A DNA stretch of 64,000 bases from Myxococcota bacterium (GTDB lineage: Bacteria > Myxococcota_A > UBA796 > SXON01). The translations under genes were made by a program, and so were the position numbers. The notes beneath the pieces are model-generated. The model was not told where the DNA came from, did no database searches, and saw only the letters and a list, made by a program, of their open reading frames with translations. This document shows, in pieces, positions 16,987 to 26,798 of this stretch. The stretch covers positions 32,001 through 96,000 of the forward strand of contig JAZKFH010000039.1 in assembly GCA_040386535.1 (NCBI GenBank). Direction: 5' to 3'. Each line of letters opens with the position of its first letter. Position 1 is the first letter of the stretch.

Positions 16987-19631
16987 TCGCGCTGCTCGCG
17001 ACGCTCGCGCTCGCCCAGGATCCGCCGGCATCGTCGGAGGCTCCCGCGCCTCCCCAGGAGGACCCTCCCCAGGAGGCTACCCCCGGCGAAACCGCCCCCC
17101 CGAAGCTCCTCGCCTCCGCCACGCCCGAGTACCCGGCCACCGCGATGGCCGAGCGGGTCACCGGCACCGTGGTCCTGCGCATCACGCTCGACGCCAACGG
17201 CGCGATCACGGGCGCCGACGTGATCCAGAGCGTGCGCGAGGACGTCGACACGGCCGCCGTCGCCGCCGCGCGGCAGCTCCGTTTCGCCCCCGCGCGCAAG
17301 GCCGGGATCCCCGCGCCCTCCACGCTCGACTACGCGTTCACCTTCACGCTCGGCGTGGGGGACGAGCAGGGCAACCCCGTCCCCGCCACCGTGCACCTGC
17401 ACGTCCTTGATGGCGACGGCCTCGACGTGCCCGGCGTGAAGGTGGTCCTGACGCCTTCGGGGGGCGGCGAGCCGCGCGTCTACACCACGGGAGAGGGCGG
17501 GCGGGTCCACGCCGCGTTCCTGCCCGCGGGCAAGTGGCAGCTCCGGATGGAGAAGGACGGCTTCACCCCGGCGGGCGCGGAGTTCGAGGTCACCAGCGGC
17601 GAGACCCGCTCGGCCGAGCTCACCCTCACGCCGGCCGGCCCCACCGAGGAGATCGTCGTCTGGGGGCTCGGGCAGCGCTGGCGCGACGTCGCACGCGCCC
17701 CCCGCGAGCCCGTGCTGGAGCCGATCACCGGCAGCTACACGCTCACCCGCCGAGACGTCGAGAGCACGCCCGGCGCGCTCGAAGACGTGACCCGGGCCGT
17801 CCACAAGCTCCCCGGCGTCGCGAGTGACGGCGACATGCTCGGCACCTTCTCCGTGCGCGGCGCCACCGCGGGGGAGGTCGTGTTCCTCCTCGACCGCGTG
17901 CCGCTCGACAACCCGTTCCACCTCGCCGGCTTCAACAGCATCTTCAACCCGGACATGCTCAAGGAGGTCAAGTTCTTCGCGGGCGCGGCCCCCGCGTCCT
18001 ACCCCACGTCCACCTCCGCGGTGATGGACGTGCACTCGTGGGACGGCGCCCCGCGTGACGACCGCGCCCGCGATCTCGACGGCGCCATCGACATCTCGAT
18101 GAGCACTGCGCGGCTCCTGCTGATGGGCCCGATCGGAAAGGGCGACGACCTGACCTTCGCGCTCGCGGCGCGCCGCTCCTACCTCGAGGCCTACTTCTGG
18201 GTGATGAAGCAGGTCGACCTGTTCGACACCGCCATCGCCGCCCCCGAGTACGACGAGCTCTCCGGCCGCCTCGCGTGGACGCCGGGCAAGCACAAGTTCC
18301 TGCTGACCCTGCTGCGCACGAGCGACCACCTCGCGATCGTGGACAGCGAGGACGACAGCATCGTCACCATCGACGGCACGTTCAAGCTCGACGATGTCGT
18401 GTACCTCGCCTCGCTCGACCACACCGTGGAGATGGGCAAGGCGACGTTGCAGACCACCGGCGCCTTCACCTACGACGAGTCGCACCTCGAGCGCGACTTC
18501 GGCGGCAAGGTCACGCGCGACGCGACGCGGACCCAGATCTTCGCCCGCACCGATCTGACGTTGCCCGCCGGGGACGCCCACACCTTCGCCTTCGGCGCCA
18601 CCGGGCAGCTCCGCCAGTACAAGACCGCGGGCCCCGTCGAGGACACCCGCGCGCGCCCGACGTGGGCCGCCGCGCCGCTGGGGGACTTCGGGCTCGGTCT
18701 CGTCGAGCTCGAGCAGCAGGACGCGTTGCCCCAGGCGGCGGTCTACGCCGAGCACTCCTGGGTCGGCCCCGTCCGTACGCGCCTCGGGGTCCGCGGCACC
18801 TACGTCGGCCGCTCGGGCGAGTTCCTGCCCGGCCCCTCCGTGGGCCTCTCGATGCCGCTCCCGACCGGCACCGTCCCGAAGATCAGCGCCGGCCTGTACC
18901 ACCACGTCGTCGAGGACCCCCTCGCGACCGATCCCGTGTTCGGCAACCCCGAGCTCGAAGCCGAGCGCTCGTGGCAGGCGGTGGTGGGCGTCGACCAGGC
19001 CCTCCCCATCGGAGACGGCGGGTTCGTGCGGGTCGAGGCCTACGTCGCGAAGCTCGAGAACCTCGTCGTGAACCCCGACAACCAGGACGCGGTCGACCGC
19101 GGCGTCACGTTCACGAACGACGGCACGGGCCGCAACATGGGCGTCGACGTGATGTTCGCCGCGCGCACCGAGCGCGTCCAGGTCGCGACGAACCTCTCGC
19201 TGCTCGACGCGAAGCGGGACAACCCGCTGAACGAGGTGTTCCAGGACGAGTACGTGCCCTCCCAGGCCCAGGCGGTCACCGCCGGCCTGTCGGTCGAGTA
19301 CCAGCTGACCCCCAAGTGGCGGCTCACCGGGCGCTACGATTTCCACAGCGGCCGCCCCGCCTCCTCCGTCGAGCCCGCGGGCGCCGACACGATCCAGCTC
19401 GCCGCGCTCAACGATCAGCGCCTGGGCGACTTCCACCAGCTCGACCTTCGCGTCGAGTGGCGCCATGCCACCCCGCGCCTGCGCTGGTCGGTGTACCTGG
19501 AGGTGCTCAACGTGTTGTACCTGAAGAACGATTTCCTCCCCACCGCCACGATGGTCGACGGCGAGCTCGTCGAGGGCATGTTCGAGCACCTCCCCACGCG
19601 GCCGTTCCTCGGCGTGCGTGCGGACTTCTGA
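16983..19631 (+). CDS. TonB-dependent receptor with N-terminal TonB-C and carboxypeptidase-regulatory-like domains
   Basis: PEYP...GTVVLRITLD...FAPA TonB-C motif; plug motifs LPGV, VRG, NPFH; barrel ending GVRADF. Confidence 0.85.
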   Translation: MIALLATLALAQDPPASSEAPAPPQEDPPQEATPGETAPPKLLASATPEYPATAMAERVTGTVVLRITLDANGAITGADVIQSVREDVDTAAVAAARQLRFAPARKAGIPAPSTLDYAFTFTLGVGDEQGNPVPATVHLHVLDGDGLDVPGVKVVLTPSGGGEPRVYTTGEGGRVHAAFLPAGKWQLRMEKDGFTPAGAEFEVTSGETRSAELTLTPAGPTEEIVVWGLGQRWRDVARAPREPVLEPITGSYTLTRRDVESTPGALEDVTRAVHKLPGVASDGDMLGTFSVRGATAGEVVFLLDRVPLDNPFHLAGFNSIFNPDMLKEVKFFAGAAPASYPTSTSAVMDVHSWDGAPRDDRARDLDGAIDISMSTARLLLMGPIGKGDDLTFALAARRSYLEAYFWVMKQVDLFDTAIAAPEYDELSGRLAWTPGKHKFLLTLLRTSDHLAIVDSEDDSIVTIDGTFKLDDVVYLASLDHTVEMGKATLQTTGAFTYDESHLERDFGGKVTRDATRTQIFARTDLTLPAGDAHTFAFGATGQLRQYKTAGPVEDTRARPTWAAAPLGDFGLGLVELEQQDALPQAAVYAEHSWVGPVRTRLGVRGTYVGRSGEFLPGPSVGLSMPLPTGTVPKISAGLYHHVVEDPLATDPVFGNPELEAERSWQAVVGVDQALPIGDGGFVRVEAYVAKLENLVVNPDNQDAVDRGVTFTNDGTGRNMGVDVMFAARTERVQVATNLSLLDAKRDNPLNEVFQDEYVPSQAQAVTAGLSVEYQLTPKWRLTGRYDFHSGRPASSVEPAGADTIQLAALNDQRLGDFHQLDLRVEWRHATPRLRWSVYLEVLNVLYLKNDFLPTATMVDGELVEGMFEHLPTRPFLGVRADF

Positions 19632-20743
19632 TGCGTTTTCCCGACTTCCCGGGGCACTTCGACGGCGATCCGCTGGTCCCCGGCGCGGCGCTGCTGGTCG
19701 AGGTCGAGCGGATCGCGGGCCGCCCGGTCGCCACGCTGGAGCGGGTGCGGTTCCTCGGGATGGTGCGCCCCGGCGAGGACGTGGACTTCACGGTCACGGT
19801 CGAGGGCGACCGCGCGCGCTTCCGGGCCACGCGCGACGGCGTGGAGGTCCTGCGGGGCGCCGCGCTCCTCGCGGCGATCGTCGATCCCGCCGAGGTCGCG
19901 CCCCGGCCGGTCCGCCTCGCGCCCACCCTCGCGCGGCCGATGTGGGGCGGCACCTCGCTCGCCGCCGAGATGGGCAAGGATCCCGACCCCGCGGCCCGCA
20001 TCGGCGAGAGCTGGGAGGTGTGGCGCGCCAACCGGGTGGCGGACGGCCGCCGGCTCGAGGAGGTCGTCGACTTTCCGCTCCTGGTCAAGCTCCTCGACGT
20101 GCGCGAGACCCTCTCCGTGCAGGTGCACCCCGACGACGCCGCCGCGGTGCGGATCGTGGGCGCCCCGCACGGCAAACACGAGGGCTGGGTCGTGCTCCGC
20201 GCGGAGCCGGGCGCCAGGGTGGCCTACGGGCTGAACCGCGCGATGGACACGCAAGAGCTGCGAAAGCGGGCGCTCTCTGGGGAGATCGAGGCCGACCTCG
20301 CCTGGCTCGAGGTCAAGGCGGGGGATGTCATCGACGTGCCCCCCGGCACCATCCACGCGATCGGCGGCGGCGTGCTCTTCTACGAGGTCCAACAACCCTG
20401 CGACCTGACGTGGCGCCTGTACGACTGGGGGCGCGGCCGCCCCCTCCACCTCGAAGAGGCGTTGGAGGTCGTCGCGTGCGCGCCCGTCGTCTCCGCCGCG
20501 GTCGTACGTCCGCTCGGGCCTGGGCGCGAGGAGCTGCTGGACGGCCCCCATTTTCACGTCGAACGCCTGCTTCTGCCGCAAGAGCGCCAGCTCGACGTAT
20601 GGGAAGCGCTGACCGTCGTGGAGGGCGAGCTGGAGGTGGCCGGTGAGCGCGTGGGCTTCGGCGGAACCGTGCTCCTTCCCCCCGGAGAATGGCGCTTGGA
20701 AGGCAACGGGATCGTGCTGGCGGCGCGGGGGCCGACCAGCTGA
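19631..20743 (+). CDS. ApeI-like hotdog domain fused to class I mannose-6-phosphate isomerase
   Basis: FPGHFDGDPLVPGA...VRF...VRPG; then WGG, IGESWE, PLLVKLLD, LSVQVHPDD, KHEGW, PGTIHAIG, EVQQ, RLYDWGR. Confidence 0.8.
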   Translation: MRFPDFPGHFDGDPLVPGAALLVEVERIAGRPVATLERVRFLGMVRPGEDVDFTVTVEGDRARFRATRDGVEVLRGAALLAAIVDPAEVAPRPVRLAPTLARPMWGGTSLAAEMGKDPDPAARIGESWEVWRANRVADGRRLEEVVDFPLLVKLLDVRETLSVQVHPDDAAAVRIVGAPHGKHEGWVVLRAEPGARVAYGLNRAMDTQELRKRALSGEIEADLAWLEVKAGDVIDVPPGTIHAIGGGVLFYEVQQPCDLTWRLYDWGRGRPLHLEEALEVVACAPVVSAAVVRPLGPGREELLDGPHFHVERLLLPQERQLDVWEALTVVEGELEVAGERVGFGGTVLLPPGEWRLEGNGIVLAARGPTS

Positions 20744-20836
20744 CGAGGGGCGGGACGCGCGGCAAAGACCGGGCTCGACCTCCACCTTGCGGACGCGGGC
20801 CCGGCCGAGTAGCATGGGGGCGCCTCTGGAGGCACA

Positions 20837-22507
20837 TTGCCCCTCTTCGGTCTCGCGCTCGTCGCCGCCTTCCCTGCCGCCGCCGAGACCTGGGCGCCCG
20901 GCGAGACCATCGAGAAGGCGGCCTACGCCGACCTGACGCCCGAGGGCCTCAACGCCGTCGCGGCGCTCATCCCCGCGCTCCTGCCGTCCGGCATCGAGAT
21001 CCCGGACATGAACGACGAGGGCGGGTACTGGTGCTTCAACTACGCCTACGGCCTCGCTGGCGCGTGGGTGAACATCTCGGTCACGAACGCCACGATCACG
21101 CCCGGCAACGGCGTGCTCGACATCACCGCGAACCTGATGGTGTCGCTCAACGATCCGTCCGACACGTTCCAGCTCATGTACGAGCTCGCGTGCCTGGACG
21201 ACACGTGTGAGGGCTATGTCGACGCGTTCCCGGTCACCGTCGCGACGACCATGGCGCTCGAAGTGGTGGACGACGGCACGGGCGTCAACATGCTCGACGC
21301 CACGATCGGCGCCATCAACGTCTCGTACGACCTGGTGAACGAGGACATCCATCTCGACGGGTGCTCCGTCGGCGACATCGAGGAGGTGCTGAACTGGTTC
21401 GGCCTCTCGATGTACGACCTCATCCTCGGGCAGGTCGACACCTTCCTGCAGGACGCGATCGCCGACATCGGGCCCACCCTCGAGGAGACCATCGAGGAGG
21501 CGTTCGCCAGCGCCACGATCGTCCAAGAGCTCGACCTGAACGGCGCCGTCGTCCAGCTCTCGCTCCAGCCGAGCGACGTCGTCATCACGCCCGCCGGCGT
21601 GCGCGTGCAGATGTCGGGCTCGATGGCGGGCAGCGCCGCGCCGTGCGTCGCCGCGTACGACCCGGGCGGCTCGATCAAGACCCCCTCGTCGGCCCCCAAC
21701 CTCGGCGTCGTCCCGAGCAGCATCTCGGGTGACTTCCACGTCGGCCTCATCCTCTCGGACGATTTCACGAACCAGGCCCTCTACGCGCTCTGGCGCGGCG
21801 GCCTGCTCTGCTACACGCTCGAGCCCGGCGGCGCCTTCCCGCTCGACACCTCGATCCTGAACGTCCTGACCGGCAGCGTGTTCGCGGAGCTGTTCCCCGA
21901 GTCGCAGCCGATGGTCCTGCAGACCGCGCCGATGTCCCCGCCGACGACCAGCTTCGACGGCAGCCACGACATCGACGTGAACCTCGAGAACCTCGGCCTG
22001 GAGCTCTACACCCAGCTCGACGGGCGTGACACCAAGATCGTGACCGTGTCGCTCGAAGGCATCGTCGGAATGGACCTCGGGTTCGACGGCACCACCGGCG
22101 AGCTCGCGCTCGACGTGGACCTCGATCCCGCCGCGCTCACCCCGACCGTGACCTACAACGAGTTCTACCCCGAGGCCAACGAGGCCATCGTGGCGGGCTT
22201 CTCCGGCGCGTTCGGCGGCATCGTCGACAGCGTGGTCGGCGGGCTCCTCGAGGGCCTCGCCTTCGCGCTCCCGTCCTTCAGCGGCATCGGCCTGCTCGAC
22301 CTCGAAGCGGGCCCCGTCGGGGACAACGCCGACTGGCTCGGCGCCTTCGCGTGGGTCGGCCCCACGCCCTACGAGGCGTCCTCCGGCTGCGGCGAAGACG
22401 GCGGCTGCTCCAGCGAAGGCTGCAGCGGCGGCTGCTCGTCGAGCCCCGGCGGTGTCGGCCTCTGGCCGGCCCTCGGCCTGCTGCTCGTGTTGCGCCGCCG
22501 CCAGTAG
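20837..22507 (+). CDS. Secreted LBP/BPI (TULIP)-like protein with MYXO-CTERM anchor
   Basis: GGAGG RBS plus TTG; signal peptide; LSDDFTNQALYALWRGGLL; C-terminus GCSSSPGG-hydrophobic-RRRQ. Confidence 0.6.
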   Translation: MPLFGLALVAAFPAAAETWAPGETIEKAAYADLTPEGLNAVAALIPALLPSGIEIPDMNDEGGYWCFNYAYGLAGAWVNISVTNATITPGNGVLDITANLMVSLNDPSDTFQLMYELACLDDTCEGYVDAFPVTVATTMALEVVDDGTGVNMLDATIGAINVSYDLVNEDIHLDGCSVGDIEEVLNWFGLSMYDLILGQVDTFLQDAIADIGPTLEETIEEAFASATIVQELDLNGAVVQLSLQPSDVVITPAGVRVQMSGSMAGSAAPCVAAYDPGGSIKTPSSAPNLGVVPSSISGDFHVGLILSDDFTNQALYALWRGGLLCYTLEPGGAFPLDTSILNVLTGSVFAELFPESQPMVLQTAPMSPPTTSFDGSHDIDVNLENLGLELYTQLDGRDTKIVTVSLEGIVGMDLGFDGTTGELALDVDLDPAALTPTVTYNEFYPEANEAIVAGFSGAFGGIVDSVVGGLLEGLAFALPSFSGIGLLDLEAGPVGDNADWLGAFAWVGPTPYEASSGCGEDGGCSSEGCSGGCSSSPGGVGLWPALGLLLVLRRRQ

Positions 22508-22525
22508 GGCAGGGGTCGGACGGCG

Positions 22526-23041
22526 CTACCGGAAGCGGACGCCGCCCGCGACCAGATCGAGGTCGACCTTGCCGGTGCGGAGGCGCCCCGGGGTGACCTT
22601 CCCCTCCACGTGCCACACCATGCCCTCGTTGCCGACGACATACGCCAGGATCCGCGGCGCGTCGGGATCCTCGGGGGTGCAGGTCGCGGCGAGCACCTCG
22701 GCGCGCACCTTCACGGCGCGGTAGCGCGCGGCGTCGATGAACGTCCACGTGCAGCCGGGGAGGGGGCGCGGCGTGAGCGTGTCGCCGCGGGTGCCCGCGA
22801 TCGTGACGGTCACGTCGCCCTCGGGATCCTGGAGCACCACGCGCACGTCGTTGCCGTCGGTCCCGGGCGTCGCGACCCAGCCGCGTGGGACGGCCACCGA
22901 GAGCGGGAACGTGCTGTCCACGTAGGTTTCGCTGATCACCCGGCCCGTCGGCACCGTGGTGACGGTAGGAGTCTCCACGAGGGGCGGCTGAGCCTCGGGG
23001 ACGAGCTTGGGGCAGCCCGCGAGGAGCAGCAGCAGCGTCAC
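22526..23041 (-). CDS. Hypothetical lipoprotein
   Basis: Lipobox LLAGC; GTG overlaps upstream TGA. Confidence 0.65.
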   Translation of the reverse strand: MTLLLLLAGCPKLVPEAQPPLVETPTVTTVPTGRVISETYVDSTFPLSVAVPRGWVATPGTDGNDVRVVLQDPEGDVTVTIAGTRGDTLTPRPLPGCTWTFIDAARYRAVKVRAEVLAATCTPEDPDAPRILAYVVGNEGMVWHVEGKVTPGRLRTGKVDLDLVAGGVRFR

Positions 23042-23811
23042 CGCCGCGGGTCTCGCGGGGCCAGCGCCCGCTGGTGATCCGGGCCGCCCCACAGCTCGGC
23101 GAAGACCTCCAGCTCCTCGGCGCGCCCGACCGGGGGCGTGGCCGCGCGCACCACCCGCTTGGCGCCACGGACGGCGGCGGCGGGGAGGGCGAGCAGCTCG
23201 CGCGCGAGGGCGTCCGCGCGGGCGTGCGGATCGGCGGCGAGCTCGTCCACGAGGCCGATGGCGTGGGCCTCCTCCGCGCCCAGCACCCGGGCGAAGGCGA
23301 GCACCTGGAGGGCGGCACGTGGCCCCACGCGCGCCACGAGTCGGCCGCCGCCGCCGAAGCCGGGCGACACCCCGAGGCGCGCGTGCACGAAGCCGATGCG
23401 CGCGTCGGGTGCGGACACCACGAGATCCGCGGTGGCGACAATCTCGGCGCCGCCGCCGAGCGCCGCGCCTTCCACGACCGCGATCACGATGGCGTCGAGC
23501 GCGGCGAGGCGGTCGAGCGTGCCCTGCATGAAGGCGCCGAACGCGCGGCCGGCGCCGGGCACCGCGAGGTGGGTGCGCACGGCGCCGAGGTTGCCGCCGG
23601 AGCAGAAGGTGGCGTGGGCCCCGGAGAGCACCACCACGGCGGCATCGCGGACGGTCTCCACCGCGTCGGCGAGGGCCACCATCATCGCGGGGTCGAGCGC
23701 GTTGCGGGAGGCGGCGTGGTCGATCCGGATGCTCGCGACCTCACCGGGCGTGACGACCACGCGGCCCGCGCCGGGCGGAAGGGTGGCGACGAGCGCGCGG
23801 AAGTCGGTCAA
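23038..23811 (-). CDS. Crotonase-fold protein resembling ethylmalonyl-CoA decarboxylase (ECHDC1-like)
   Basis: RNAL, FCSGGNL, FMQGTL, GAALGGGAEI, FVHARLG, LWGGP; TTG overlaps meaB stop. Confidence 0.75.
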   Translation of the reverse strand: MTDFRALVATLPPGAGRVVVTPGEVASIRIDHAASRNALDPAMMVALADAVETVRDAAVVVLSGAHATFCSGGNLGAVRTHLAVPGAGRAFGAFMQGTLDRLAALDAIVIAVVEGAALGGGAEIVATADLVVSAPDARIGFVHARLGVSPGFGGGGRLVARVGPRAALQVLAFARVLGAEEAHAIGLVDELAADPHARADALARELLALPAAAVRGAKRVVRAATPPVGRAEELEVFAELWGGPDHQRALAPRDPRR

Positions 23812-24761
23812 ACGCGCACGCGTCCGGCCGCCGCGCTCTCGGGGCGGACCCGGCCGGCGCGAAGGTCGGCGAGAAGGTCGGTCCCCGCGAGCCCGCGCCG
23901 CGCCTGCTCGCGCGCGGCCTCCCCCATGAGGTCCAGGTAGATGCGCACGCGGCCCTCGGCGCGGCGGGCGTCCCACGCGGTGCGTCCCGGGCCCACACAC
24001 CAGGCGCGGTGGGCCTCGAGGGAGGCGAGCGTCTCGTTCACGCCGCGGTCCTCGAGCGCCACGGAGGTGTGCACCGGGGCCTGCCAGCCGGGCCGGTCGT
24101 CGAGGTGCACGGCCTGCTCGAGATCCCGTTGCAGGTGGTCGGCGCCCGGGCGGTCCGCCTTGTTGACGCAGAACACGTCGGCGATCTCGAGCAGCCCGGC
24201 CTTCATCGTCTGCACGGAGTCGCCGCTCTCGGGGGTGAGCACCACGAGCACGGTGTCGGCCACCTCCATCACGGCGAGCTCGCCCTGGCCGACGCCCACG
24301 GTCTCCACCAACACACGGTCGAACCCGACGGCATCGAGCACGTCGACCGTCTGGCCGGCCGCGCGGGAGAGGCCGCCGAGGTGCCCGCGCGAGGCGAGCG
24401 AGCGCACGTACACGTTGGGGTCCTCCGCGTGCCGCTCCATGCGGATGCGGTCCCCCAGGATGGCGCCGCCGGACCAGGGCGACGAGGGATCGACCGCGAC
24501 CACGGCCACGCGCTCGCCGGCGGCGCGGGCGTGCTGGACCAGGCGGTCCACGAAGGTGCTCTTGCCGGCGCCCGGGGGGCCGGTGATGCCAGTGACGTGC
24601 GGCGCGCCGGGGGTGGTGAGGCGGCGCGGCGCGAGCGCGTCGAGCGCGTCCGACACGCCGGGCGCGCGCGCCTCGATCATCGAGATCAGCCGGGCGAGGG
24701 CGGGCCTGTCGCCCGCGCGAGCGCGGACCAGGAGCGAATGGACGGAGAGGGGAGCAGCCAC
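23808..24761 (-). CDS. meaB: Methylmalonyl-CoA mutase-associated GTPase MeaB/ArgK
   Basis: GITGPPGAGKST, AVDPSS, GGAILGDRIRM, ETVGVGQ, KAGLLEIAD, NKAD. Confidence 0.95.
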   Translation of the reverse strand: MAAPLSVHSLLVRARAGDRPALARLISMIEARAPGVSDALDALAPRRLTTPGAPHVTGITGPPGAGKSTFVDRLVQHARAAGERVAVVAVDPSSPWSGGAILGDRIRMERHAEDPNVYVRSLASRGHLGGLSRAAGQTVDVLDAVGFDRVLVETVGVGQGELAVMEVADTVLVVLTPESGDSVQTMKAGLLEIADVFCVNKADRPGADHLQRDLEQAVHLDDRPGWQAPVHTSVALEDRGVNETLASLEAHRAWCVGPGRTAWDARRAEGRVRIYLDLMGEAAREQARRGLAGTDLLADLRAGRVRPESAAAGRVRV

Positions 24762-24851
24762 GCCCCCCCGCTAACCCGACCCATCGGCCCACCCGGCCCC
24801 GCGTGCCACCTCCGGCTCCGCGGGATAGCCGTGCGGGCGGAAGGAGGCCGG

Positions 24852-25370
24852 ATGCGCGGACTTTTTGGTACGGGGCTGGCGGTGTCGAAGTGGGCGGGTC
24901 TGGCGTGCGTGGGCCTGCTCGCCGCGTGCGGCGGGGCGAGCGCGGACGTCACCGGGACCGCGGGCGGGGTCGACTTCGACAAGACGAAGTACGTCTTCTT
25001 CGGCGGTCCGTTCGTGATCATCTCCATGCTGGAAATCGACTGCGAGGACCTTGACTATGTGAAGCGCAACTACGAGATCGGGCAGGCCCCCACCGACTCG
25101 GAGACCAAGCTGCTTCAATTCTCGTACGACCCCGACGCCCTCGTCGAGGGCTCCTTCCCCGTCGCGATCGACGCGGCGATCTCCGCCTCCGTCGTGAGCG
25201 TCGCCGGCGGCGCCTTCTACGAGTCGATCGCGACCGGTGGCCTGTTCACCGTCGAGTCCATCTCGGAAGAGGACAGCGCCTCGGGCGTGTTCGAGGGCCT
25301 CCAGTTCGACGACGGGGCGCTCGACGGCAGCTTCGACGCGGTCTGGTGCCGCAACCTCAAGGCACGGTAG
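24852..25370 (+). CDS. Hypothetical lipoprotein
   Basis: AAGGAGG RBS; lipobox LAAC. Confidence 0.7.
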   Translation: MRGLFGTGLAVSKWAGLACVGLLAACGGASADVTGTAGGVDFDKTKYVFFGGPFVIISMLEIDCEDLDYVKRNYEIGQAPTDSETKLLQFSYDPDALVEGSFPVAIDAAISASVVSVAGGAFYESIATGGLFTVESISEEDSASGVFEGLQFDDGALDGSFDAVWCRNLKAR

Positions 25371-25374
25371 CACC

Positions 25375-26766
25375 ATGCTGGGGCTCCTTGCCCTCCTGGG
25401 CCATGCCCATGCCGCCGACGTCCTGTTCGTCGACGCCACGCCGGTCACGCTGGATGACTTCTCGGTCGCCGGGTTGTTCTACGGCATGGTCGCCACCGCC
25501 GCGCAGGACGAGGGCCTCTCGTTCGACGACGTCGATGCGATCCGCGCCTGGGCCGGCGAGGACGCCGACACCTGCTGGGACGTGGACGCCTGCCCCGCCA
25601 ACCTCTGGGACCGCACGGACGCGCGGCTCGCCGTGGTCCTCTCGGTGGGCCAGTCGCCCGCGGGGCTCGAGGTCGGCGTGCGGCTGCACGGGGCCGACGA
25701 GGCCGCGCCGTTCAAGGTCATCCGCGAGACCGTGGCGCCGGGCCAGGAGGCCGCGTTCGCCCGCACCATCGCGCGCGCCGCGCGGGACGCCTTGCCGCTG
25801 CTCCCCGCGCGCAAGCCCGTGGCCCCCTTCAAGGGCCCGGTGCTCGTGCTCGAAGACGAGTTCGTGGAGGGTGACGCGCCGCCCGTCAAGGACGCCCCGA
25901 AGCCGGAGGTCCGCCCCGAGCGGGAGCCGCGCGTCGAGCGCACGCCGCGGGACGACCGGCCCCCCACTGACGACGCGGTGCGGGCCCGCCTGCGCGCGGA
26001 CGAGGATCGCCGTCGGATGGGCGTCCCGGCCGGCGCCTACGCTCGCTACGAGGCCAGTGGCCTGTCGCGGGAGGACTGGCTCAAGGCGGCGCGGGTGCGC
26101 GCCGGCCGCGGCTTCCTCGAGCTCCACGGGGGCTACGGCCTCGGGGACGTCGATCGGGGCTACGGCGTCCGCCTCGGCATCGAGAAGCAGGGGGAGGCCT
26201 TCGACACCGTCGGCACCTCCACGTGGGAGGGCGCCGGAGCGAGCGCCGCGCCCACGTTCGGGTTCGCCCTCGGCTACGCCCCCGCGTGGTTCCTCGACAC
26301 GTCCGTGGCCGTGGCCGTGCAGTACGGCAGCAAGCACCTGGACACCGGCTGGGAGTGCTCCGCGCTCTGTGACCCGGCGGACGAAGAGTACTACCACGAG
26401 CCCGTCGGCGCCGTGCAGGCCTTCGTCGAGCCGCGCCTGCGCCTGTTCCCCGTCGCCACCGGCGTCGTGAAGCCGTACGCCATCGTCGCCTTCAGCGTGC
26501 TCCTGCACGACGGCTTCAAGGTGCCCGACCCCGACTTCGTCGACTACCCGGACGCCCCGGCGGGCGCGTCGCTCGGGCCCACGGCCGGCCTGGGGATCGC
26601 GTTCGACCCCATCTCCCGCATCACGATCTTCGCCGAGGTGCCCGCCACGCTGCTCCTGACGCCCGCGCGCACGGGGACGGACGGCGAGGTCGGGCTCTCG
26701 CCGGGGAGGCTCACCAGCGGGGGCTACGTCGTGCGCTTCGTCGGCGGGATCGGCATCCGTCTCTAA
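25375..26766 (+). CDS. Secreted protein with C-terminal outer-membrane beta-barrel
   Basis: Signal peptide (AHA), Pro/charged linker, alternating beta strands, ends GGIGIRL. Confidence 0.6.
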   Translation: MLGLLALLGHAHAADVLFVDATPVTLDDFSVAGLFYGMVATAAQDEGLSFDDVDAIRAWAGEDADTCWDVDACPANLWDRTDARLAVVLSVGQSPAGLEVGVRLHGADEAAPFKVIRETVAPGQEAAFARTIARAARDALPLLPARKPVAPFKGPVLVLEDEFVEGDAPPVKDAPKPEVRPEREPRVERTPRDDRPPTDDAVRARLRADEDRRRMGVPAGAYARYEASGLSREDWLKAARVRAGRGFLELHGGYGLGDVDRGYGVRLGIEKQGEAFDTVGTSTWEGAGASAAPTFGFALGYAPAWFLDTSVAVAVQYGSKHLDTGWECSALCDPADEEYYHEPVGAVQAFVEPRLRLFPVATGVVKPYAIVAFSVLLHDGFKVPDPDFVDYPDAPAGASLGPTAGLGIAFDPISRITIFAEVPATLLLTPARTGTDGEVGLSPGRLTSGGYVVRFVGGIGIRL

Positions 26767-26798
26767 GGGCACCGAGCCGACGCGCGTTAGGGAGGCGC

